From Candidatus Altiarchaeota archaeon (GTDB lineage Archaea; Altiarchaeota; Altiarchaeia; IMC4; SCGC-AAA252-I15), in assembly GCA_043804895.1 (NCBI GenBank), contig JAZDIN010000025.1:1-64000 (forward strand): 64,000 nt of DNA, written 5' to 3'. Shown piece after piece: positions 19,774 through 28,012 of the stretch. Below the pieces are notes generated by a model. It did not search any database. It saw only the letters and a list, made by a program, of their open reading frames with translations, and was not told the origin of the DNA. The translations under genes and the position numbers were made by a program. How positions within the stretch are numbered: the first letter of the stretch is position 1; every line of letters begins with the position of its first letter.

Positions 19774-20858
19774 GGCACGATGTTGTTGTAGTCGGCAACG
19801 GTCCGGCAGGATGCGTCACAGCCGAGAAAAATTCGGCCGATAATGACATTGCAGTAGTCGGCTTAAAGGACCGCAGAGTCGAGTGCGCAGGCCTGATAAG
19901 CAAGTCTGGGATGGAGCGCATCGGAGTCAAACCAGGGGAATTCATCCTAAACACCCTACGTGGCGCACGAATATTCTCTCCTGGCGGGGTTAAGATTGAA
20001 GTGGACGGTGGTTCACCGAAGGCCTACGCAGTGGACAGGCTAGCCTTCGACAACCACCTCCTCAACAGGGCTGTGGGGGCCGGGGCCACGTACGTTGACG
20101 ACGTTGTGTCTTCCATTAACGGCGGTGTCAAACTAAGGTCTGGCACTGTGGTGGAGGCTGACAGGATAGTCCTGGCAACGGGTACTGACTACACGCTTCA
20201 AAAGAAGGCAGGGATGGACTATCCGAGGGAGTTCCTGTTCGGCGGACAGTACGAGATGAAGGTGGAATGCGACCAGGAGTTCGTGGAACTTTATTTCACT
20301 GTCCCTGATTTCTTCGCGTGGGTGATACCCCTCGGAGACCGGGCCCGCGTCGGCTTGTGCGTTAAATCGAACCCACGCCCCTACCTTAACTCGTTCGTGA
20401 AGAAACTCAGCTCAGATGGGAGGCTCAAGTCTGACAAAGTACTCGCCGAGTCGTTCGGGATAATACCGATACACAGGCCGTCAATGAGGACCCAGTACAA
20501 GAACATCGTGGCAGTCGGCGACGCAGCAGCGCAGGTGAAGGTCTCAACAGGTGGTGGCATAATATTCGGCGCGGTAGCTGCGGAATACGCCTGCAGTCCA
20601 GACTATGAGCGGCTGTGGCGTAGGGAAATCGGCTTCGACCTTAAGCTCCACCTGATGATACACCGCCTTCTTGCGAGGCTCCCGCCGAAAGGCAAAGATC
20701 GCTTGTTTCGGATAATCAAGGAAAACCATAACTCACTTGAGAGAAGCGGCGACATGGACTATGCTGCAAAGACTCTCTCCGGCCTCGCTGCGAGCCCCCG
20801 GTTTTTAACCCATCTCCTTACAAACGCGCCGTGGCTGGTAAGGGATATGATATTTTAA
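19770..20858 (+). CDS. Geranylgeranyl reductase family FAD oxidoreductase
   Basis: VVVGNGPAG, CAGLIS, DRLAFD, FAWVIP, VGDAAAQVK..TGGGI. Confidence 0.88.
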   Translation: MRHDVVVVGNGPAGCVTAEKNSADNDIAVVGLKDRRVECAGLISKSGMERIGVKPGEFILNTLRGARIFSPGGVKIEVDGGSPKAYAVDRLAFDNHLLNRAVGAGATYVDDVVSSINGGVKLRSGTVVEADRIVLATGTDYTLQKKAGMDYPREFLFGGQYEMKVECDQEFVELYFTVPDFFAWVIPLGDRARVGLCVKSNPRPYLNSFVKKLSSDGRLKSDKVLAESFGIIPIHRPSMRTQYKNIVAVGDAAAQVKVSTGGGIIFGAVAAEYACSPDYERLWRREIGFDLKLHLMIHRLLARLPPKGKDRLFRIIKENHNSLERSGDMDYAAKTLSGLAASPRFLTHLLTNAPWLVRDMIF

Positions 20859-20880
20859 TCGGTTGTTTCTATTCCTATAC

Positions 20881-21168
20881 ATGGACGCCTTTCAGATTGT
20901 TTGGGGGACTTCTTTGATACTGGCAGCCATCCTCCTCCCAGGGTTGGCAGTCACCTTCGCGATCTTCCCTAAGAAGGGGCAGGTTAACCCACCAGAGCGC
21001 ATCGGGTTGGGTCTGATATTCGGCATCCTACCCCAGTTGATGCTCTACTTCCTGATGAAAAATCTCAGCATACAGTCCACTACTTCGACAACCACACTCT
21101 CAGTGCTTCTTGTGACTGCGGTGGGGCTGGCGGTTTGGTACAAGAGAAGATTAACGACCACAGCCTAA
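20881..21168 (+). CDS. Small membrane protein (DUF1616-like N-terminal domain)
   Basis: LLPGLAVTFAIFP...ERIGLG motif, 3 TM. Confidence 0.65.
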   Translation: MDAFQIVWGTSLILAAILLPGLAVTFAIFPKKGQVNPPERIGLGLIFGILPQLMLYFLMKNLSIQSTTSTTTLSVLLVTAVGLAVWYKRRLTTTA

Positions 21169-21241
21169 AGGCTGTGGTATAATCCTAACCAAAGCAATAG
21201 CTTTGGTTGGACCCTAAAAGTGCTTGCACTTTTTCGGGTCC
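21157..21241. repeat. Three tandem hairpins between convergent genes
   Basis: ACCACAGCCT-AA-AGGCTGTGGT; AACCAAAGC-AATA-GCTTTGGTT; GGACCC..AAAAGTGC-TT-GCACTTTT..GGGTCC. Confidence 0.8.
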
Positions 21242-21280
21242 TGATAGAGCAGAAGGAGTATACAAGCATTCATCCACAGG

Positions 21281-21811
21281 CTAAAGACTGGTGGTCTTCT
21301 GCTCTATCTTGGATAAAACAGCAGCAAGCTCTTGCGCGCTCCTGACGACCTTCACCTCTTTCTTAAGCTTCTTTACATTTTCAAGGTCAACTGCCCTGCA
21401 CTTAAGATGTACGTCTCTCCCGCTCAAGCTCTTACCTGTAACGTTCCTTGTTGAGTCAGTCGGGAGAACGATGACCCTAATGCCGCTCTTCAAGGCCTGG
21501 CAGACCACGTTCGACACTACGCTGTCGCCTATCCCGTGCACGACCTTCGCCACCGTGTTGCCGGTGCATGGTGCCACGATAACAAGGTCGTACGAGTTGA
21601 GGCTCATCAAGGCCGGAGTACTCCTCCCCTGTTTCCTCTCCAAAACGACCTCGGATGCGGCTTTGACTATCCTCTCATACTGCCCGTACATGCGTGACAC
21701 CTCCTCACCAGCAGCTGAGAAGATGACGGTAACATCGTCCAGGCCTTCAAGAATACTAGCTGATTCTGCCAGTAGATACTCTCCGCCTGTTATGCACCAC
21801 AATACTCTCAT
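21281..21811 (-). CDS. HFCD-family flavoprotein (archaeoflavoprotein AfpA-like)
   Basis: WCITGG, SAAGEEV, VAPCTGNTVAKVVHGIGDS, VLPTD; no ferredoxin insert. Confidence 0.8.
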   Translation of the reverse strand: MRVLWCITGGEYLLAESASILEGLDDVTVIFSAAGEEVSRMYGQYERIVKAASEVVLERKQGRSTPALMSLNSYDLVIVAPCTGNTVAKVVHGIGDSVVSNVVCQALKSGIRVIVLPTDSTRNVTGKSLSGRDVHLKCRAVDLENVKKLKKEVKVVRSAQELAAVLSKIEQKTTSL

Positions 21812-21848
21812 CTAACCTACTTTTATTCCCTACTCTAAATATTAAACG

Positions 21849-22373
21849 ATGAATACGGATCGCCTACTCGGCAAAATGCTGCCATACCTCGTGCTCCTTG
21901 TCATGGCCCTCATCGCGCTTTACCTCTACTCTATCGGGTCGTCAGCAACGCTCGACATGTTCATGGTCGCTGCTGGTGTAGGTCTTGGATTAGCCTCCTC
22001 GTATGTCATCTACCATTCGATAAGCAATGAGCGTCAGGTGGATTTCTTCGAGGGTGAGAAGGTCATACTGCGGTCAACGGACCCTAAATCGTATGTCGTT
22101 CTGACAAGCGCAAACGACCAGGAAGCTCCCCTCAAGCCTGTCAAGTCCACCATCTACCTGACCAATCTGGGATTGTTGTTTGAGCCTCCGGACTCCGGCA
22201 GGGTGATAGTGTTCATAGCATTGGATACGATAACTGAGGTCGCGCCGTACAAGAATGCGATAAGGATACGGTACATGGACCCTGTGCTGTCGTCTGCCGA
22301 AGTCCTAATCTACGTCGACAACAGGGATGCGTGGGTGCAGACTATCCAAGGGATGCTAAGCGGGAATATATAG
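21849..22373 (+). CDS. Two-TM protein with PH/GRAM-like domain
   Basis: 2 TM, then EGEKVIL...IYLTNLGLLF...IALDTITEV...DNRDAWVQTI PH-fold pattern. Confidence 0.6.
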   Translation: MNTDRLLGKMLPYLVLLVMALIALYLYSIGSSATLDMFMVAAGVGLGLASSYVIYHSISNERQVDFFEGEKVILRSTDPKSYVVLTSANDQEAPLKPVKSTIYLTNLGLLFEPPDSGRVIVFIALDTITEVAPYKNAIRIRYMDPVLSSAEVLIYVDNRDAWVQTIQGMLSGNI

Positions 22374-22396
22374 TCGTGATACCATATCCCTCATCC

Positions 22397-23803
22397 ATGA
22401 CCGAAAGGCTGAAATTGAGCCGTGACTTCCAGGCGGCGTTGAAGAAGTTCGCCGAAGAATTGGCCAGTGAGGATGATTTCTTCGTACTCAGCCACCATGA
22501 CGCCGATGGGATAACAAGCTGCGCGATAACCGTAGACCTTTTGCGCTCACTAGGTAGGAGCGTTCACTTCTCGTGCATGAAACAAATAGACTCCGCGACA
22601 GTCGATAGCATACGAAAACACGAAGGGAAGACGCTCATCCTCACAGACTTCGGAAGCGGACACCACACTCTACTCGCCGAACACGGCATAAAAGACTATT
22701 TTGTCATAGACCACCACCCCCCAGAGCACGAGTACCACCGCCAGATAAACCCCCACTACTTCGGAATCTCAGGAGGCAGCGACATAAGCGGCGCAGGTAT
22801 GGCCTACCTTGTCGCAAAGGCACTGGGCAGGCAGGCGATGGCCCACTTGGCAGTGGTCGGCGCAGTCGGCGACATGCAGGATTCCAAAGGAGCCTTAGAG
22901 TCGGTGAATCGCACAATACTCGACGACGCAGTGAAAAACGGCACAATACTTGTGGAAAACGACATAAGGATGTTCGGCAGACAGTCGCGGCCCCTAACCC
23001 AGATGCTCGCATATTCCTCTGAGCCGATAATACCTGGCCTCTCAGGCAACCCGGCCGCATGTTCGCAGTTCATCGAATCCCTCGGTATAAGCCTGAGTGA
23101 AGGGGGTGTGTCACGCTCTTACGTTGAGTTGACGGCAGCGGAGAGGGAGAAGTTCACCACAGCGATATACATCAGACTCCTTGACGTCAACACGCCGGAG
23201 TTCATCATACAGGGGATGTTCGGGGAAGTATACACCCTCCTCAAAGAGCAGCAAAAAACCGAGCTTAGGGATGCGAAGGAATTCGCCACAGTGCTCAACG
23301 CATGCGGAAGGCAGGAGCAACCTGATATCGGAGTGAACGTCTGCCTCGGAGACCGCGGGGAACACCTCCATAAAGCAAGAAACCTCCTGGAAAAACACAG
23401 GAGACTGCTTGCTGAAGGCATAGAGTACCTGACTGAAGCAGGCGTCGAGGAGGACTCGCATCTGAGTTTCTTCGATGCTGGAGCGAAAATAAGGGAATCC
23501 CTAATAGGCGTGATAGCAGGCATGGGATACGGCGCAGGCATCATACCCCCGACGAAACCAGTGCTTGCCTTCGCAGACGACGGCAACGACTCCAAATTCA
23601 TGAAAGTCAGCGCAAGAGCCACATGGGCTCTCGTAAGAGGAGGTATACACCTCGGCAACGCGATGAATTCATGCTCGAAGAGAATTGGAGGAGAAGGCGG
23701 CGGACACAACATAGCGGCCGGAGCCAGGATCCCCAAGGAAAAGAAGGCCAAATTCATCAAATGCGTGAACGAGACATTCAAGAACCAGGTTAGTGGGAAA
23801 TAG
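22397..23803 (+). CDS. recJ: RecJ/Cdc45-like DHH phosphoesterase
   Basis: HHDADG, LTDFGSG, IDHH, GAVGDMQ, GGGHNIAAGA; adjacent to rps15-pcc1-rps3ae as is common in archaea. Confidence 0.88.
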   Translation: MTERLKLSRDFQAALKKFAEELASEDDFFVLSHHDADGITSCAITVDLLRSLGRSVHFSCMKQIDSATVDSIRKHEGKTLILTDFGSGHHTLLAEHGIKDYFVIDHHPPEHEYHRQINPHYFGISGGSDISGAGMAYLVAKALGRQAMAHLAVVGAVGDMQDSKGALESVNRTILDDAVKNGTILVENDIRMFGRQSRPLTQMLAYSSEPIIPGLSGNPAACSQFIESLGISLSEGGVSRSYVELTAAEREKFTTAIYIRLLDVNTPEFIIQGMFGEVYTLLKEQQKTELRDAKEFATVLNACGRQEQPDIGVNVCLGDRGEHLHKARNLLEKHRRLLAEGIEYLTEAGVEEDSHLSFFDAGAKIRESLIGVIAGMGYGAGIIPPTKPVLAFADDGNDSKFMKVSARATWALVRGGIHLGNAMNSCSKRIGGEGGGHNIAAGARIPKEKKAKFIKCVNETFKNQVSGK

Positions 23804-23905
23804 GGTATTTATATGTGTTTGTTTTAGTCTATAGTACGTTTTTTGTTTCTGGGCGTATTGGATTCGTCTCGTACGTGCCAAGATAAAAATAACTGCAATA
23901 CTGTA

Positions 23906-24364
23906 ATGGCCCGCATGCATTCGCGCAGGAAAGGCAAGTCCAGGTCGGTCAAGCCTGACCGTGATGGGACACCCGAATGGGTATCATACACTCCGCAGGA
24001 GATTGAGGAGATAATAGTAAAACTCGCCAAAGACGGTAACAACCCGAGCAAAATCGGCCTAATACTCAGAGACCAGTACGGGGTGCCTGACGTCCAATCC
24101 ATACTCGGGATGAAGGTAACCGCGGTGCTTGAGAAGAACAACCTCGGTTTGAAGCTACCAGAGGACATGCAAAACCTCATCAACAAGTCGGTCGCCCTCA
24201 TGGTCCACTTCGAGAAGCACAAAAAGGACAGACACAACCAGAGGGGCCTGCACCTAATAGAGTCAAAGATACGAAGGCTTACAAAATACTACATCCGGTC
24301 TGGGAAGCTGCCTAAGGACTGGCGGTACGACCCAGCGAAGGCGAGGCTTCTGGTTTCAAAATGA
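23906..24364 (+). CDS. rps15: 30S ribosomal protein S15 (uS15)
   Basis: MARMHSRRKGKS, LRDQYGVPDV, LIESKIRRLTKYY. Confidence 0.97.
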   Translation: MARMHSRRKGKSRSVKPDRDGTPEWVSYTPQEIEEIIVKLAKDGNNPSKIGLILRDQYGVPDVQSILGMKVTAVLEKNNLGLKLPEDMQNLINKSVALMVHFEKHKKDRHNQRGLHLIESKIRRLTKYYIRSGKLPKDWRYDPAKARLLVSK

Positions 24365-24579
24365 TGTGCTACGCTAGGCTGACAACGGAGTCGAAGGACG
24401 CTGAGTCTGTCGCAAAGTCGCTGAACGCAGACAACGTCAGCATGCAAAACCTGAAGGTCTCAACCTCAGTATCAGGGAATGTGATAGCCTCTGAGATAAG
24501 CTCACAATCAATCACCACCCTACTCTCCACAGTAGATGACCTCTTGAGGTGCCAGATTGCCTCGGAGAGTCTTATATAA
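24361..24579 (+). CDS. pcc1: KEOPS complex subunit Pcc1
   Basis: SLNADN and TVDDLLRC motifs; conserved position before rps3ae. Confidence 0.82.
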   Translation: MMCYARLTTESKDAESVAKSLNADNVSMQNLKVSTSVSGNVIASEISSQSITTLLSTVDDLLRCQIASESLI

Positions 24580-24580
24580 A

Positions 24581-25138
24581 ATGGCAAGCAAAACCGTCAC
24601 CTCATGGAAGAACAAGAAAATCTACACGATACTATCGCCTGAAAGCTTCGAATACCAGGAAGTTGGCGAAACATTAGCCTCAGACCCAGCTCTACTAAAG
24701 GGAAGGACAGTGAACGTCTCCCTCGGGGAACTGATGAGCGACAGGAGCAAGAACTACATGAATCTCGTCTTCGAGATTACTGAGGTGAAAGGTGACAAGG
24801 CCAACACAAGGCTTAAGAGGTTCTTCATACCAGTCGGCTACCTGCGCTCTAAGGTGCGCAAGCGTACGACCAAGATAGACTACCTCAAGGACTTCATCTC
24901 AGACGGTAAGAAGATGAGGGTTAAGATTATGGTGCTTTCACGCCACAATGTGAGCGCAGTCCAGAAGGCCGAGATCAAGGCCAGCCTACAAACGGTGCTG
25001 GACGAGCACATATCAGCGGGCGTTGACAAGTTCGTGCAAGGCACCCTCTTCGGGAAGCTCGGCACAGACATCTACAAGAGAATCAAAGCCATCTGCCCCA
25101 TAATGCGCGTCGAAGTCTACGAGATGGAGCTGTTCTGA
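24581..25138 (+). CDS. rps3ae: 30S ribosomal protein S3Ae (eS1)
   Basis: WKNKKIYTI, GRTVNVSL, YLRSKVRKRTTKID, ICPIMRVEV. Confidence 0.93.
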   Translation: MASKTVTSWKNKKIYTILSPESFEYQEVGETLASDPALLKGRTVNVSLGELMSDRSKNYMNLVFEITEVKGDKANTRLKRFFIPVGYLRSKVRKRTTKIDYLKDFISDGKKMRVKIMVLSRHNVSAVQKAEIKASLQTVLDEHISAGVDKFVQGTLFGKLGTDIYKRIKAICPIMRVEVYEMELF

Positions 25139-25184
25139 ATCAGACACGTGGTTTAGAGGACTTAAATATCGTTGTTGCCTATAC

Positions 25185-26513
25185 ATGACCATGAATAGGT
25201 GGGTTTTTGGCCTGGTTGTGTCTCTTCTCTTTCTAGGCGTGGACTGTTCTGCGTTGAGTAACCCGTCAGCAGTGTACTGTACCAAAATGGGGTACCGGTA
25301 TGAGTCAGACGACGGCATCTGCGTCACCGGCGACGGAGCCAGATTGGCTGCGTGGGAATTCTACCGCGGCAAAGTCGGCGGCAAATACTCCTTCTGCGCC
25401 AGGAAAGGCTACGACACAGTCTCAGAGAAAGTGAATGAGGGCTCATACTACATCGAGCGGCCAGTCTGCATAAACCCCTCCACAAAAAAGAAGACTCCAA
25501 TGTTCGACTTGATGGCTGAAGAAGGACTGAAAGTCACAGTCGAAGAAGCACCCGCAGACGGCGGCGTCACATACACAACAAAAGACGCCGGCTCACCGCC
25601 CCAGTCGTTTGATTGGCGCAACTACAACGGCCACAGTTACATAGGGCCGGTCCGCGACCAAGGCAACTGCGGCAGCTGCTACTCGTTCGGCGCGGCCGCT
25701 GCGGCTGAGGGAACATATAACTATGCGACAGGGAATTTCGACGGCAACGTTTCAGATTACTCAGAATCATACATCATCTGGTGCCTTGGGAGGCTGCCAG
25801 AATACAGCAGCCACTTCTTCGGCTGCAACGGCGCAGACTACGAATACAAGGAACTTGAGGCTTTGACAAATTATGGGATAATCGGAGAGTCCTTGTTCCC
25901 ATACACTATAACCGACCCCGGCTCCTGCACCCACTGGGGGGATCCAACGACGAAGTTCTCCTCCTGGCAGAGGGTAACAACAGGCGACATAAACGCGATG
26001 AAAAACGCGATAATGACATATGGTGTCATAGACGTTGCAGTCTACGCCGGCAACGGCTTCCAATCTTACAGCGGAGGCATATACACAGACACCAAAACAT
26101 CCTGCCCACAAGGCTACTACACATCAAGCAACCACGCAGTGGCCCTCGTCGGCTGGGGCACAGACCCAGTATACGGAGACTACTGGATACTCCGCAACAG
26201 CTGGGGGCCGGATTGGGGCGAAAGCGGATACATGCGTATTCAGGCGAACTCTGCAAGAGTAGCCTGCGCACCCGCATACCTAACATACTCCAATGTGACC
26301 ACGACGACCACTACAACCACCACTTCGACGACGGCATCTACCACGACGACACTCCCCACATGCACCGGAACAAAATATCCGCAATGCAGCGGCCTAAACA
26401 AAAAAACATGCAACAAAGCTTATATGTTATCGACTCAGGATTTGACCTACCACACATGTAAGTGGAATCCAGCAGCCAAAACCTGCAACCAATACGCCAC
26501 GTGCACTATATAG
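25185..26513 (+). CDS. Secreted papain-like C1A cysteine peptidase with N-terminal DUF333-like domain
   Basis: Signal peptide; NPSAVYC; FDWR, DQGNCGSCY, NHAVALVGWG and RNSWG catalytic motifs; Thr linker and Cys-rich tail. Confidence 0.92.
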   Translation: MTMNRWVFGLVVSLLFLGVDCSALSNPSAVYCTKMGYRYESDDGICVTGDGARLAAWEFYRGKVGGKYSFCARKGYDTVSEKVNEGSYYIERPVCINPSTKKKTPMFDLMAEEGLKVTVEEAPADGGVTYTTKDAGSPPQSFDWRNYNGHSYIGPVRDQGNCGSCYSFGAAAAAEGTYNYATGNFDGNVSDYSESYIIWCLGRLPEYSSHFFGCNGADYEYKELEALTNYGIIGESLFPYTITDPGSCTHWGDPTTKFSSWQRVTTGDINAMKNAIMTYGVIDVAVYAGNGFQSYSGGIYTDTKTSCPQGYYTSSNHAVALVGWGTDPVYGDYWILRNSWGPDWGESGYMRIQANSARVACAPAYLTYSNVTTTTTTTTTSTTASTTTTLPTCTGTKYPQCSGLNKKTCNKAYMLSTQDLTYHTCKWNPAAKTCNQYATCTI

Positions 26514-26571
26514 GCTCCTGATTACCCCAAATATACTCCCTTTTTATACTATCTGTTCAATAGGCTTTTTG

Positions 26572-26703
26572 ATGATTAATCCCAGGTGTCGCAGGTGCGG
26601 GACGAGCATGGATTTGGTGCCGCTGGGGATGAGGGATAACAAGTGGTATTGCCCCAAATGCAAAGAAGTATACGAGAACAACAAATGGACTAGACGCCCC
26701 TAA
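26572..26703 (+). CDS. Small CxxC...CxxC zinc-ribbon protein (43 aa)
   Basis: Below ORF-track cutoff. MINPRCRRCGTSMDLVPLGMRDNKWYCPKCKEVYENNKWTRRP; TTTTATA TATA-like box about 25-30 nt upstream. Confidence 0.65.
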   Translation: MINPRCRRCGTSMDLVPLGMRDNKWYCPKCKEVYENNKWTRRP

Positions 26704-26821
26704 AAACCCCCTCACATAAAAGGCTCTCCCCCACCAACCTCTCCAAAAAATGCGCTAAAAAATGTATCTAACAGCCGATAGTATTCTGATAAAGTTTGAA
26801 GCCCTGAGGGGGGTATAATAC

Positions 26822-27358
26822 TTAATTCAAAATGGCGTTTAACCCCTTTATCATCTCTTGTGTTTTCTCCGCTGCCTGCTTAGCATGTTTCCTGTTTTTA
26901 GTGCCTGCGATGATGATTTTCCCGCTTCGGAATATCAGCATGACGGCGTGGGGGTCATCTAACCTGTACACAAGGCCGGGGAATACTTCAGGTTCATATT
27001 CCACGTCCCAGGATTCCACAGCGAGTTTGTCCAGATACACCCTAAACCCAAGGTCTGCGGAAGACACCATGTTCACCACCTCCACCCTGGGTTTGTTTTT
27101 AATTCTATGGACCTTAGAGAGTTTCTTCAACAGGTGTTGCAGGGCCTTGTCTATTGTCGTCTTGTTTCTGGCGCCGCTGCATATGAACTTTCCGGTCCTG
27201 AATATTAAAAACGCTACTTTTAAGTCTTTTACTCTATAGACTAGTCCTGGAAAATGTTTAGGTTTCACCATGCCCGGAACCTTTTTCGCAATCTTCTCCT
27301 GATCCAATGCAGTATCTAAGGTGATGACCGCTACGATGTTCTCGACTTTAACGTCCAT
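26822..27358 (-). CDS. tbp: TATA-box binding protein (divergent)
   Basis: Two TBP repeats: VENIVA...FPGLVYR..LIFRTGK and VVNMVSS...YEPEVFPGLVYR..LIFRSGK; start reset to ATG 27358. Confidence 0.93.
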   Translation of the reverse strand: MDVKVENIVAVITLDTALDQEKIAKKVPGMVKPKHFPGLVYRVKDLKVAFLIFRTGKFICSGARNKTTIDKALQHLLKKLSKVHRIKNKPRVEVVNMVSSADLGFRVYLDKLAVESWDVEYEPEVFPGLVYRLDDPHAVMLIFRSGKIIIAGTKNRKHAKQAAEKTQEMIKGLNAILN

Positions 27359-27607
27359 TGCTGCTACAGGACATGCATCTGGCGGTATATTAGGGGAATA
27401 AATAGCGAAATGAACACATAACACCCCATTCCCCCCTCCCCCAGCTTCCACCCCTTCAAACCCCTCGAGTAAAAGGTTCTTCCCCACCTCTCCTCTCCAA
27501 AAGACCAGCGAAAGTTAGGCACTACGTGGAAACATATTCATATCCTTCAGATACACGTGTGAGAGAGTACTAGGGGGAATTCGAAAAGGAGTGCAGACGA
27601 CACTAGT

Positions 27608-28012
27608 CTAGACTACAGAACCCAAGGTGACGTCCAATAGGACTACCTCTATCCCCTCAAGCTCCTTAGCCCTTCTGACAATCTCCTTCACCTTCTTCGG
27701 GTTACACTGGCTGTTACCGCTCAATAGGAGTGCCGCGACTGCAGGCCTCAACACCATAATCCTCCAGAGGTGCCTGTATATGTCGTCTAAGAGGCCGAAT
27801 TCGCATGTGAAGATGACGTTAGGTTCGACCCATACTAGGTCGACTTTTCCGAAGTCGAATGCGTCCTTTATGACGCTTGAGTCTTTGAGGACTGTGAATC
27901 CGTGTTTTTCGCCAATCTGCCTGTAATACTCCATTAATCCTTCCTTCAGCTTCAATCTGCTGCCTTTCATGAACTCTTTCATGCCGTTGAAGTCGGATAG
28001 TAATTCAATCAC
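27608..28012 (-). CDS. Hypothetical protein, possibly degenerate PD-(D/E)xK fold
   Basis: GTG start overlapping nnr stop; GKVDLVW...TCEFG resembles a restriction-like nuclease core without the Lys. Confidence 0.5.
   Translation of the reverse strand: MIELLSDFNGMKEFMKGSRLKLKEGLMEYYRQIGEKHGFTVLKDSSVIKDAFDFGKVDLVWVEPNVIFTCEFGLLDDIYRHLWRIMVLRPAVAALLLSGNSQCNPKKVKEIVRRAKELEGIEVVLLDVTLGSVV

Noticed and set aside
26297-26352. ACC/ACG trinucleotide repeat tract
   Set aside because: It encodes the Thr-rich linker of the protease; the same applies to the tract near 10505-10560.
27608-28012. Active restriction or defence nuclease
   Set aside because: The PD-(D/E)xK resemblance is only partial, there is no catalytic Lys and no partner methylase is adjacent.
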